Part shown: piece after piece, positions 1 to 10,600 of the stretch
Position numbering within the stretch: position 1 is the first letter of the stretch
Layout: each line of letters opens with the position of its first letter
Origin: an uncultured Gemmataceae bacterium
Lineage (GTDB): Bacteria; Planctomycetota; Planctomycetia; Gemmatales; Gemmataceae
Assembly (NCBI GenBank): GCA_963750165.1
Contig: CAVVPN010000012.1
Span: 160,001-224,000, forward strand
Direction: 5' to 3'
DNA length: 64,000 nucleotides
Position numbers and translations under genes: made by a program
The notes under the pieces: generated by a model
The model's input: the letters and a program-made list of their open reading frames with translations, nothing else
What the model was told of the DNA's origin: nothing
Databases searched by the model: none

Positions 1-3000
1 CGGCCAGCTTCTTGCCCGCGGCATCAAAAAGGCGCAGGTACGGATCGAGAGCTTTCTGGTCGGGGCTGACCATGTCGATGACGTAGGTTTTGTCGGCCAG
101 CAACTTCACCTGGTAGCGGAGTGCTGGGGTCTGGGCATCCAGTTGGCCCTGGAGTCGCAACCCCTTGCCGACCTCGTAGACCTGGCCGAGCATTTTGCCC
201 GTCAGTTGCTCCGCCTGCTTTTGCAGCGCCGCCACGTCGGCCCAGAGTTGGGTCAACGCCGTCCGTTCCTCCGCGGCCAGTTTGTTCAGGGCCGCCGGGT
301 TGCGCAGGCCGGCCAGGTCGCTGTCCTGCTCCCAACGCACAAGCGTTCTCAGCACGAACGGGCGGGCGCTGACCGGGCCGCTCGCGACCAGCTTGGCGTG
401 CGCGGCCAGGTCGGCACGCAGCCAGTCGAGCGCCTGCTTGCGCAGGCGGGCCTTCTCCGTGTCGTCGAGTTTGCCGGCGTCCTCGCCCTGGCCAGCGGCG
501 GCCAGCGCGGCGGCACGCGCGGCGTCGTAGCGGTGCTGGGCCGGCAGGTTGCCGGCCAGTTTGGGGTTGTCCGCGAACGCGGCGGCGAAGAAGCGCTCGG
601 CGGCGGCGTGCAGCCGTTTGAGTTGACACAGCCGCGCGACCGCCAGGCTCTCCAGGGCGGTGGCGGGCTGATCTTCCCCCTTGAGCAGGCGCGGCAACCG
701 CCCCTCCAGTTTCAGGAAGCGCTCACAGGTTTGCAGCTGCTGGGACACAACCGAGCGCAGGGGGTGCTGCTTGGGGAGCTGTTCGAGGGCACGGGCCAAA
801 GCGTCGCGGGCCTCGACGAAGCGGCCCGTGTCGAGCAAGGCCTTCCCGAGGCCTGCGCGGACGTTGGCGAGTTTCGGCTCGAGGGCGACGGCTGTGCGGA
901 AGCTGACGATGGCCTCCTCCAGCTGGCCCTGGTCATACAGCGTCTGGCCTAGGTTGCCGTGGGCGATGGCGTACTTCGGGGCGAGGGCGATGGCCTGCTT
1001 ATGACAGGCGATGGCCGCGTCCAACTCGCCCTTGTAATACAGCGCAATGCCCAGGTTGGTGTGAGCCGAGGCGAGGTTCGGGGCGAGGGCGATGGCCTGC
1101 TTAATGCAAACGATGGCCTCCTCCAACTCGCCCTTTTGCTGCAGCGCCGCGCCCAGCATGTTGTGGGCCCAGGAGTGTTTCGGGTCGAGTTTGATGGCCG
1201 TGCGGTAACTGGCAATGGCCTCCTCTTGCTGGCCCTTGTCCCGCAGCGTATTGCCCAGGTTGTAGTAGGCCATGGCGTTCTTCGGGTTGAGGGCGATGGC
1301 CCGCTTGTAGCAGGCGATGGCCTCCTCCCGCTGGCCCTTGAGATCCAGCGCAGCGCCCAGGTTGGTGTGGGCCATGAAGTCCTTCGGGGCGAGGGCGATG
1401 GCCGTGCGGCCACTGGCGATGGCCTCCTCCAGTTGGCCCTTCTCATACACCAGCGCATAGCACAGGTTGGAGTGGGCGTTGGCGTGCTTCGGGTTGAGGG
1501 CGATGGCCCGCTTGTAGCAGGCGATGGCCTCCTTCACCTGGCCCTTGGCCCGCAGCGCAATGCCCAGGCTGTTGTGGGCGGCACTGTTTTTAGGAGCGAC
1601 CCCGACCGCTGCCTGATACCAGCGCAGCCGCTCCTCGATGCCTTCCTTACTTTTGGTGGCGTAGATGGGAATGGCGGGGTAGGTGCGGCCCAGGGCCATG
1701 AGCAGCCCCAGGTCCCCCGGGCGTTGCCCCACCGCCACCCGCAACAATTCCCGACTCCGCTCCTGCGTCAATGCCCCGCTCTCGCTCAGCAGGGCCACGA
1801 ACCCCGGCGGCTGCTCCGCCGCCCGCGCTTGCCCCCCCAACTCCGCCACCTTGTCCATGTCCTGCGCCAGCAGGGCGTCGCGCACGGCGCCCCGGTACTC
1901 GTCCGGGTCGGCCCCCCGCAGCACCTCCCGCACCCAAGGCAGCTGCTCCTGCCGCAGCCACCGATCCAGCGCGGCCACCAGCCGCTCCCGCACCGCCGAT
2001 TGCGCCACGCCGCGCCGCCGCCTCCCGCGCCCCGACCGCCGCGGGCTTCAGGCCGAATTGCTCCAGCGCGGCACGGAACCTAGCCGCCACCGCCGCCCGG
2101 TCCGGGAGGAAGTTTTGGTCGGTTGGCGTCCAGCGGAACTGATCCACTTTGTCCAGTGCCTTCAGCATGGCCAGGTCCTCGGTGAGTCGCGCGCGCCGTC
2201 CGTCCAGCGCCGTCGCGCCGCCCTCGTCCGCCCGCTGCTTCGCCGCCTGCAGCAGCACCTCCGCCTTGGCCGCGTCCCCGGGCCGCAGCGCGTCGGTCGC
2301 CTGGTCGAGCAGCCCCGCCACCGCCTCGGCGTTCCGTTCGCGCCGTGCCTGTTCGGCCGCCGCCCGCGCCTGCTCGGCGACCTCCCGCACCGCCCCGTCG
2401 CTGCGCGCCTTCTCGGTTTCCGTCAGGTAGATGATCGCGCCCACGGCGCCGCCCAGCACGGCCAGCAGCACCGTCGCCGCCAGCGCCAGCGTCAGCCGCC
2501 GCCGCTTCCCCTCTTCCTGGGCCTTGGCCTGGGCCGCCGCCTCGGCCAGTTCCGCCTGGCGCAGCGCTCCTGCACCCCGTCCAGGTAGGCCGTCAACGCC
2601 GCGGCCACCGCGTTCGCATCCGGCGGCCGGTCCACCGCCTCGGAGGACAGGCACGCCTTCGTCAGGGCGATCAGTTCCGCGTCCGCCCCGCAGCCGTCCA
2701 GCCGCGCCGTGGCGTCGGCCTGGTCGCCGTTGGCCGCCTTGCGCCGCACCTCCTCGCTGTTGCGGCCCACGTACGGCGGCTTGCCGGTCAGGACCTCGCA
2801 AAGGATGGCCCCCAGCCCGAAGACGTCGGCGCGGCGGTCGAGGGTGGCCACCGCGCCGTTGGCCTGCTCCGGCGGCATGTACGCCGGCGTGCCCAGCAGC
2901 GTGCCCGCCTCCGTGTCCGAACCGCCGCCCGAAGAGCCGTTGCTGCGCGCCGTGCGAATCTGTGTGCCGTCGTCCTGGTATTGCCGGCTGGCGCGCTCCT

Positions 3001-3695
3001 CGTCGGCGACGCCGCCCTCGTGCAGCACCTTGGCCAGGCCCCAGTCCATGACCTGCACCTCGCCGAAGTTCCCCACCATGATGTTGGCCGGCTTGAGGTC
3101 GCGGTGGATCACCCCCTTGGCGTGGGCGTACGCCAGCGCCTGCGCCACCTTGAGGAAGTCCGCCAGGAAGCGCGGCCGGTCGGCGCTCAGATCGGGCGCG
3201 CGGCCAGCAGCGCCGCCAGCGTCTGGCCCTTGACCAGCTTCATGGTGAAAAACGGGCGCTCGCCGAAGCGGCCGACGTCGTAGACGGGGACCACCCCCGG
3301 GTGCTGCAACTGGCCGCCGATCTGCGCCTCCTCCAGGAAGCGGCGCGCCACCTCGGGCCGGTCGGCGTGCTTCTCCAGCAGGACCTTGACGGCCAGGTCG
3401 CGGCCCAGGTCCACGTCGCGGCCGCGCAGCACGGCGCCCATGCCGCCGCGGGCGATCTCGCCAAAGAGTTGGTAGCGGTCGCCGGTCTGCTCCGGCGGCG
3501 GCATGGCGTCGGAGTGCGGCTTGACGATGTGGCGCTCTCGCCGGCCGCCTCCTTGAGCAGCACCGGCCGCAGGTCGCCCAGGCTCGAGCGCGGCGCGGAT
3601 GGCTGGCCGAAGGCAGCGGCCAGGCCGGCGTCGAGCGCGTCGGCGGGGGCGGAGGGCTCATCGACGGTGCGGTACGGGTCGTGCGCTTCGGTCAT
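1..3695 (-). CDS. Ser/Thr protein kinase with TM segment and C-terminal TPR array; 4 apparent frameshifts; runs off left edge
   Basis: Stitched frames give MTEAHDPY..., [39 protein letters not shown] and [16 protein letters not shown]. 102-bp (34-aa) TPR repeats lie at ~800-1600. GGAG RBS before ATG 3695. Shifts near 3531, 3195, 2565, 2010. Confidence 0.9.
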
Positions 3696-3785
3696 GGCCA
3701 GGGTCTCCCTCGTAGAAGTCTGCAAGGCGCTGCACACCCCAGGATCATGGCAGAGGCCGTTTTCGCGTGTGAAGAATTGATGAAA

Positions 3786-4448
3786 TCAGGAAAGTGCTTG
3801 CAACAGGCTGACCGCCTCCTGTTCCACCTCGGCCGGGCTGCCGGGGTGATGAAAGGCCACCACCTCCAGCAAGGCCGCCCGAAACTCCTGGCGGGCCCTT
3901 GCATATTCGTGGTGCAGCGTCGCCGCCGGCAGGCCCCAGCGCGCGGCGATGTCCCGAATCGGCAGGTTCTCCTCGAAACGGAGCCGGAGCAATTCGACCC
4001 GCTGTACGGCATTCGGGCCGCGCTCCGCAGCCTGCCGCCGTTGGAGCTGGACGGCCTCGCTCATGATCGCCCGGGCCCAGGAGCGCTCGAACAGTTTCGA
4101 CAGGCTCTCCTCGTCCGCGAGGATCTCCGGCAGCGGCAGCGTAGGACGCGCAGGCCGACTCTCAAACCGGCGCGCGACGTTCCGGACGACGCCGTAGAGG
4201 AAGGCGCGGAAGTTGGGCACGCGACCGGCCCCGGCGGCTTCCAGGGCACCGCCCGCGCGGAAGCACTCGACGAACACCTCCTGCGTGGCGTCGTCGAGGT
4301 CGTCGCGCAGCCCCGAGCCGCGCCAGCGGGCCAGCAGGTAGGCGCGGACCACGCCGAGATAGCGGCGGCCCAGTTCGTCGCGGTCGGCGGGACATCCCGC
4401 CGCCGCGGCGCGGATGACCGTCCAGCAGGTGGTTTCGGGCGTTGACAT
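3786..4448 (-). CDS. ECF sigma-70 factor (planctomycete kinase-associated type)
   Basis: ETTCWTVI start, region 2 DDATQEVF...FRAFLYGVVRN, FERSWAR, region 4 HTH LPIRDIAARWG. Confidence 0.88.
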   Translation of the reverse strand: MSTPETTCWTVIRAAAAGCPADRDELGRRYLGVVRAYLLARWRGSGLRDDLDDATQEVFVECFRAGGALEAAGAGRVPNFRAFLYGVVRNVARRFESRPARPTLPLPEILADEESLSKLFERSWARAIMSEAVQLQRRQAAERGPNAVQRVELLRLRFEENLPIRDIAARWGLPAATLHHEYARARQEFRAALLEVVAFHHPGSPAEVEQEAVSLLQALS

Positions 4449-4484
4449 CGGCATCCCGGGAGAATGTGGGCGCTCCCACAAGTA

Positions 4485-4892
4485 TCATTCCGGCCCGTCG
4501 CCCGCAACGATTTTATTGCGATCCGCGACGAACCAGCGAATCTGCCGCGCCAGTCCGATGAGCACGTCCACTTCCATCGCGCTCGGCTGCGCCCGGCCAA
4601 TCAGATGCCGCAGCGCGTGCATCAGCGCATCGGCCTTGTCGCTGTAGAGGAAGTGGATTTCCTCCAGCGCAGTGCGCAACTGCGCGAACATCTGTTCCTG
4701 GACCGCGAACGGCGCCGGCGTCGATCCTGGGGCGGACGGGCTCGTCTGTTGCAGCCAGACGCGGCGTGGCTCGTACAGGCAAATCGCCACCGCCTGGGCC
4801 AGGTTCAGCGCCCGCGCCGCCGGCTCGGTCGGGATGTGGATCAGGAAGTGACAGCGTGTGATTTCCGCGTTGGTCAGGCCGCTCGCCTCCGG
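4485..4892 (-). pseudogene. C-terminal half of TrmJ/LasT-family SPOUT RNA methyltransferase; 5' half missing
   Basis: PEASGLTNAEITRCHFLIHIP...LNLAQAVAICLYE and ...EVDVLIGLARQI motifs; upstream sequence belongs to the kinase 3' end. Confidence 0.75.
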
Positions 4893-4915
4893 CTGGACGC
4901 TCTCTGAAGGCGGTA

Positions 4916-6304
4916 CTACGAACCAGTACCCTTCCCCCCCACCACGGCGACGGGATTCGCACACGGCAACTCCGTGCGAAAGCACGTCCGCGTCCCTTCA
5001 CGCCGCCAGGAAATGCCGCCGCCGTGTGCCTCCGCCACCTGTCGCGCCACCGCCAGCCCCAGGCCGACGCCGTCGCGCTTGCCGGTCACGAACGGCTCGA
5101 ACAGCCGCGCCGCCACGTCCGCCGCCGGTCCTGGCCCCGTGTCCCACACGTCCACACACACCCGCTCCGGCTCCACCGTCGCCGTCTCGACCTCCACCCG
5201 GCCGCCCGGCCCCGCTGCCTCGATGGCGTTGGTCAGCAGCACCACGAACACCTGGCTCAACTGGCCGCCATCGCCACACACCGTCACGTCCGCGGCCGGC
5301 GGCTCCCACACCAGTTCGATGTGGGCGTGTTTGCACTGCGGTCGCAGCAACGCCACCGCTTCGCCGAGTATCCCGGTCAGCGAACACGGCTCACGCCGCA
5401 GCGACCCCGGGCCGCCCAGGCCGAGGAAGCGTTTCAGGTGCATCTCCACCAGCGCCAGCTGCCGCAGTGCCACCGTCAACGGCTCCTCCTGGGCGCAGGC
5501 CGGGTGCTCATGCGTGTGCAGCTCGACCGCCAGCCGCGCCCCGGTGACGCCGTTGCGCAGCTGGTGTGCCAGGCCGCCGCTGACCTGGCCCAGCAACCGC
5601 AACCGTTCCGTCTGCTTGACCGTCTCCTGCAGCTGCGCCAGTCGCCCGGCCATGTCATTGACACTGCGGGTCAGGTCGCGCAGTTCGTCGTCGCGGCGCG
5701 GCAGCGGCATCGGGCTGAAGTCGCCACCGGCGATCAACCGCGTGCGCCGCTCCAGCTCGCGGACGCGCCGGCTCAACCCTTGGCCAATCGCCACCGTCAA
5801 AATGAGCGACGCCAGGCCGCCGAACGCGCCCAGGATCAGCGACGGCCGCACCGCCTCCCACAGGGCGTCTTCCCAGAGCGATTCGGGGTAGAAGATGTAC
5901 AGCGCGGCCCCGGGGTGCTGGCTGCCCGGCCCGAGCCGCACGCCGCTGCACAGGTACGGCGTGCCGGCCACGACGACGTGACTGCCGAGCGTCAGCGGTT
6001 GGCCGGCGTACTCGTCGCCGGGCGGCGGCAGGTCCACGTCCGCGGTGGGCAGTGTCGTGGATATGCGCGACCCGTCCTTGAGAAGGTAGTCGGCCCCGGA
6101 GATGCCTTTCATGTCGCGTTGCACTTTTTCGGTGAAGGGGAACTTGGCCTTGTGCGCCGTGGCGACGATGTCGCTCATCTGCTTCTCGATGGCCAGGCGA
6201 GCGCGGTGGGCCGAGGCGTAAGCGGTCCAGGCGCTCATGCCGACGACGCCGAGCAGCAGGGTCAACACGGGCAGGAGCAGTTGCGAGCGGATGCCGATGC
6301 GCAT
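4916..6304 (-). CDS. HAMP-domain sensor histidine kinase
   Basis: Two TM segments, HAMP (DELRDL), H-box LAHQLRN, N-box NAIEA, DTGPG, FEPF, GLGL. Confidence 0.93.
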   Translation of the reverse strand: MRIGIRSQLLLPVLTLLLGVVGMSAWTAYASAHRARLAIEKQMSDIVATAHKAKFPFTEKVQRDMKGISGADYLLKDGSRISTTLPTADVDLPPPGDEYAGQPLTLGSHVVVAGTPYLCSGVRLGPGSQHPGAALYIFYPESLWEDALWEAVRPSLILGAFGGLASLILTVAIGQGLSRRVRELERRTRLIAGGDFSPMPLPRRDDELRDLTRSVNDMAGRLAQLQETVKQTERLRLLGQVSGGLAHQLRNGVTGARLAVELHTHEHPACAQEEPLTVALRQLALVEMHLKRFLGLGGPGSLRREPCSLTGILGEAVALLRPQCKHAHIELVWEPPAADVTVCGDGGQLSQVFVVLLTNAIEAAGPGGRVEVETATVEPERVCVDVWDTGPGPAADVAARLFEPFVTGKRDGVGLGLAVARQVAEAHGGGISWRREGTRTCFRTELPCANPVAVVGGKGTGS

Positions 6305-6637
6305 GCGGGGTTCGGGGACGAGGTTTCAAAGCCTGACTTTACTGCTATCTTCAGCGTATCTGAACGGGAAAGCCGCAACAAGCGCGCATCGCGTCGGGTT
6401 GTGGGGCGGCGGGTGCGCGGAAAGGTGCCGAACCGGCGTTCCGTGCCGGTCCGCAGCCCTGGGTGTGGTGGCACCGGCTGTCCCATTTCGGCCTGCACTG
6501 CCACAGCAAGGGGGCCAAGGAGGCCAAGGGGGCCAACTTTTTCATACGTCGAGATTTGGCGAAAGCCCCCCGTTCACGTTTCGCGCGGACTCTACCTGCG
6601 CGTAACGTGAACGGAGGCTCATGTCGGCGAGTCGCGC

Positions 6638-9600
6638 TTATTCTGCAGGCCGCTGCTGCAACCGCGTCAGGGCGGCGCGGGCCGCGCGGGTAGGCTCTGC
6701 CGCGGCGGCGCCCCCGGCCAACAGTTCCAGCACCTGACGCGCTTCCGCCGTGCCGATCAGCTCCAGCGCCCAAATTGCCCGCCAGGTCTGCCTGTCATTG
6801 GGCGTCCGCGGCCAGTCGCTCAACCGCTCCAGCAGTGCGGTGAGGCGCCGCCGCACTTCCTCGGGGCGTTTCTCCTTCCAGGCCTGGCGCAGGGCGGGCT
6901 CGGCCACGGCGCCGAGTTCCTGCAGCGCCCGGTTCGCCTGGTCGCGCACCGCGAACTGCTTGTGGCCCAGGTCGTCAATCAGTTTCCCGATCTTCGCCGG
7001 CGCCGGCTCGGCGACCGGTTTCAGTTTGCCCTTGAGGTAGGCGACGGCCGGTTGGGGGACGGCGGCCAACGTCCAGACCGCCTGGCGAGCGCGGCCGGCG
7101 GTGTTGTCGCCCAGGGCCGTCCACAGGGCGTTCAGATCCTTGGCGCCGACGCCGTTCGGGTACGCGGCCAGGGCATCGGCCGGGGCCGTGTCCCAGAGCA
7201 CCACGGCGCCGTCGGCGCGGCCCCAGGCCAGCACCCGGCCGTCCGGCGACAGCGCCGCCACCGCCGCCCCCTCGGCAGCGCTCAGCAGGGGCTGGTCGGA
7301 CCCCGCTTCCCACAGGGTGGGGGGCTCCGCCGTGTGGTAGCCGCCGATGGTGTTGGAGCCCCAGCCGATGGAGTACTGGTCATCGTAGAACGGTCCCTGA
7401 GCCGTGACATAGCGGCGGCCGTTCCCGGCCAGCGCCAGCACGCCGCCGTGGTCGCGCTTCGTCCGCACGTCCCGCCCGGACTCCAGGTCGTACCAGTGCA
7501 ACTGGGTCGTCCGGTACAGCAACTGGCCGTCCGTATAAATGAACCCGCCCCGGGTGCGGTTCGGTTCAATGAAGAACTGCAACCCGCCCCCCACCAGCGT
7601 TCGGCCGCCCGGTAAGAACGTCATCTGCGTGCCGCGCACCGGGAGTTGCTTCACCTTCTTGCCCGTCTGCACGTCCCACAGACAAATGCGATCTGGCTGC
7701 GCGAAGCTCACGCCGCCGGCGAAGTTGTCCGACTCCCGCACCAGGCCGCCCGAGGCCAGGGTGCGGCCGTCCGGCGAAAAGGCGATCCCCGTCAGGATGG
7801 GGGCGGGGCGTTCGATCAGGTGCAGTTGCTTGCCCGTGGCCGTGTCCCAGAGGCGGATGCCCTCCTGACCGCCCGAGGCCAGCGTTTTGCCGTCGGGCGT
7901 CAGGGCGACGCAGTCCACGTTGAGGGTATGGCCGTAGAATTTGCGCAGCAGCTCGCCCGTGGCCAGGTTCCAGAGCCGCACCTCCTTCTGGTCGCCCACC
8001 GAGGCTAACGTCTTGCCGTCCGCGGATAGCGCCAGCCAGTTGACCGCGCCCGGGTGGCCTTTCAGGGTCCGCAGCACCTTGCCCGTGACGGCGGACCGCA
8101 CGATGATCTTGCCGTCGCGCCCCGCGGACACCAGCGTGCCGCCGGCAGCGAACGTCAGCGCCGTCACCGGGCCGGCATGGTCCTTGAATTCACGCACACC
8201 GCGGCTGCCCGGCTGCGACCGCTGGGCCAGGAACAGTTCCATCTCGGTAACCACACGCACCGGCGGCAACGCTTTCACCTTGTCCGGTCCGAACCGCATC
8301 TTCGCCGGCAGGCGCGTGAGCAGCACGGTCCCGTCGTCGCCGCCCGAGAGCACGGCGCGGCCATCCGGGGTGAACGTCAGGCTGTTCAGCGTCCCGTTGT
8401 GGACCGGCAGCGTCAGCAGCCGCTTGCCCGTGGCGATGTCCCAGAGGGCGATGCCGTCGTTCTTCTCCGCCACGGTCGCGAACACCTTACCGTCCGGCGA
8501 CACCGCGATGGAGGGCGACGTTCCCCAGTCTTTTTGCTGCAAGGACTTGCCCGGAAACGTTCGCAGCTGCTTGCCGGTGGCCACGTCCCACAATTCCAGC
8601 GACACCTTATCTGAATCCTCCTTCAAGGAGAGTAACGCCTTGCCGTCGCCCGTGAACGCCAGATGGAGCGGCGGGTACGTCCCCGGCCGCCAGCTGCGCA
8701 CCAGCTTGCCAGTGGCCAGATCCCAGAGGCGAATGGTGTCATCGAGCTTTGCTTTTTTGTAGTGCCATTTGCCGATGCCGGTGGCGAGCAGCTTGCCGTC
8801 CCGCGAAAACGCCAGGCCGCTCGCGTTCCGTTCCAGCTCGTCGCGCTCCCGCTCGCCACAGGGATGGAATACGAGCAGTTCCTTGCCGGTGACGGCGTCA
8901 CAGACATGCACAGTGCATTCCCTCTCGTCGGCCGTGGCCAGGAGTTTGCCGTCCGGCGAAAACCTGATGGCGTCGATGCGCCAGCTGCCCTTCAGAAGCC
9001 GGCCCAGCAAGCGGCCCGAAGCGGTGTCGTACAACTGTACCCCGCCCGACCTGCGGCCCAGGACGATGCGTTGGCCGTCCGATGAAAAGCGAACGCTCTT
9101 CGCATCGTAGTCGCCCCATTGACCCGGGGCGGTGTTGAAGACGATCTTGCGCAGCGGGGCGGCCGTGGCGGCGTCCCACAATCGCATCGTGCCCTCACGG
9201 CCGGAGGCGGAGACCACCAGCCGGCCGTCCGGCGAAATGGCCAGGGAACTGATCGGGGCTACGTGGCCAAGCCGTTCGACGAGTTCCTTGCCCGACTGCA
9301 CGCTCCACAGCCGGATGAGTCCGGTGGACCCGCCCGTCGCCAGGAGCTGGCCGTCGCTCGTGACGGCCAGGGTGCCCGGCTCCAGTGCCTTTTCGGCGAC
9401 GGAGCGCACCAGGTGCCCCGTGTCCGCGTCCCACAGTTCCACCGGGCCGCCGGCCGCCAGGAGATTGCTTTTCGGCACGAAGGCGACATTGGTCGGGGCT
9501 GCGAACTTGGCGAGGAGTTTGCCCGTGGCGACCGTCCACAGCCGCGCATCGGTGGGATCAGCGGAGGCCAGCGTCTTGCCATCCGCCGCAAAGGACAGGG

Positions 9601-10297
9601 AGCGAATCGGCCCGCTGTGGCCGACAAGGCGCCGCCGTTCCTTGCCGGTCTGGGCGTCCCAGAGGATGACGGTGCCGCCGATCTCGAATTTCGCGTCGCC
9701 GGCGTTGGCCGTGGCCAGCGTCTTGCCGTCGGGCGCCACGGCCACCGCGAGGACCGTCCGTGTGTGGCCCTGCAGTTGTAGCAGCGGCTTCCGCGCCGCC
9801 ACGTCCCAGACGATCACCTGTTTGGCAGCGCCGGCCACCAGGGTCTTGCCGTCCGGGGCGAACGCCAGGGCGCGGACGTGCGGGCCCTTGTTATCGCCCA
9901 GGCTGCCAAGGCGCTTGCCCGTGGCCACGTCCCACAGTTCGATGGCGGCATACGGCCCCGCCGTGGCCAGTTGCTTGCCGTCCGGGGAAAAGGCGAGGTG
10001 GTGCCCCTGCCCGGGCAACTGCCGCAGCGCGTTGCCGGTCGCCGTTTCCCACAGGATGATATTGCCATCGTCGTCCGCCGCCGCCAGGAGTTTGTCGCCC
10101 GGCGCGAAGACCAGGGCGGTGATGAAGCTGGTGTGCTGCAGCCGGGACGAACCCAGGCGCACCACCTCCAGGGGCGGGTCATTTGGCGCGGACCCGTTTT
10201 TGTTCTGCGCGGCAGGGCCGCCTCCCTGGCGGGCGTCGGTCGAGCCCTGGGCGAGACAGGCCGCGAACAGCAAGAGCCAACTGCAGTGACGGAGCAC
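6638..10297 (-). CDS. Large exported WD40-repeat protein with helical C-terminus
   Basis: Many GH...AFSPDGK.LA...LWD repeats; signal-like N-terminus; GGAGG RBS. Confidence 0.92.
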   Translation of the reverse strand: MLRHCSWLLLFAACLAQGSTDARQGGGPAAQNKNGSAPNDPPLEVVRLGSSRLQHTSFITALVFAPGDKLLAAADDDGNIILWETATGNALRQLPGQGHHLAFSPDGKQLATAGPYAAIELWDVATGKRLGSLGDNKGPHVRALAFAPDGKTLVAGAAKQVIVWDVAARKPLLQLQGHTRTVLAVAVAPDGKTLATANAGDAKFEIGGTVILWDAQTGKERRRLVGHSGPIRSLSFAADGKTLASADPTDARLWTVATGKLLAKFAAPTNVAFVPKSNLLAAGGPVELWDADTGHLVRSVAEKALEPGTLAVTSDGQLLATGGSTGLIRLWSVQSGKELVERLGHVAPISSLAISPDGRLVVSASGREGTMRLWDAATAAPLRKIVFNTAPGQWGDYDAKSVRFSSDGQRIVLGRRSGGVQLYDTASGRLLGRLLKGSWRIDAIRFSPDGKLLATADERECTVHVCDAVTGKELLVFHPCGERERDELERNASGLAFSRDGKLLATGIGKWHYKKAKLDDTIRLWDLATGKLVRSWRPGTYPPLHLAFTGDGKALLSLKEDSDKVSLELWDVATGKQLRTFPGKSLQQKDWGTSPSIAVSPDGKVFATVAEKNDGIALWDIATGKRLLTLPVHNGTLNSLTFTPDGRAVLSGGDDGTVLLTRLPAKMRFGPDKVKALPPVRVVTEMELFLAQRSQPGSRGVREFKDHAGPVTALTFAAGGTLVSAGRDGKIIVRSAVTGKVLRTLKGHPGAVNWLALSADGKTLASVGDQKEVRLWNLATGELLRKFYGHTLNVDCVALTPDGKTLASGGQEGIRLWDTATGKQLHLIERPAPILTGIAFSPDGRTLASGGLVRESDNFAGGVSFAQPDRICLWDVQTGKKVKQLPVRGTQMTFLPGGRTLVGGGLQFFIEPNRTRGGFIYTDGQLLYRTTQLHWYDLESGRDVRTKRDHGGVLALAGNGRRYVTAQGPFYDDQYSIGWGSNTIGGYHTAEPPTLWEAGSDQPLLSAAEGAAVAALSPDGRVLAWGRADGAVVLWDTAPADALAAYPNGVGAKDLNALWTALGDNTAGRARQAVWTLAAVPQPAVAYLKGKLKPVAEPAPAKIGKLIDDLGHKQFAVRDQANRALQELGAVAEPALRQAWKEKRPEEVRRRLTALLERLSDWPRTPNDRQTWRAIWALELIGTAEARQVLELLAGGAAAAEPTRAARAALTRLQQRPAE

Positions 10298-10600
10298 GGG
10301 CCACCTCCTGGAGGAGAACGGGTCGGGTTGGCCGAAGGCGTTGTCAGCGGTTTCAGCATACCGGCCGGCGCCGGTTGACTCCAGGGATTTTTCAGGTCGG
10401 GTTTCTCACGATCCAGCGAAAAGGGCCGTATGTCTTTCGTAGTGCGGGCCGCCCTCACCAACGCCTGCCAAACTCCGGTGCTGTTTCAAGGAAAATTGGT
10501 TGAAGCCCGAACCTCGCGGGCGCCGAGCATATCATAATGGGGACGGGCGGTCCCGCGCCGGCCGCCACAACTACCCCCCCGTGACGAGGACTCCAAGCGA

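Noticed and set aside
800..1600. Regularly spaced GGCGATGGCC repeats as a possible CRISPR array
   Set aside because: 102-bp coding period with similar rather than unique spacers; no cas genes.
143..2083. Long + strand ORFs with periodic sequence
   Set aside because: Antisense shadows of the minus-strand TPR array.
1..3695. Programmed frameshifting or phase variation in the kinase
   Set aside because: No slippery heptamers or long homopolymers, and the same error pattern occurs in unrelated genes.
6507..6536. Short GGCCAAGG(A/G) nonamer tandem
   Set aside because: About three units with no matching inverted arm or other copy in the window.
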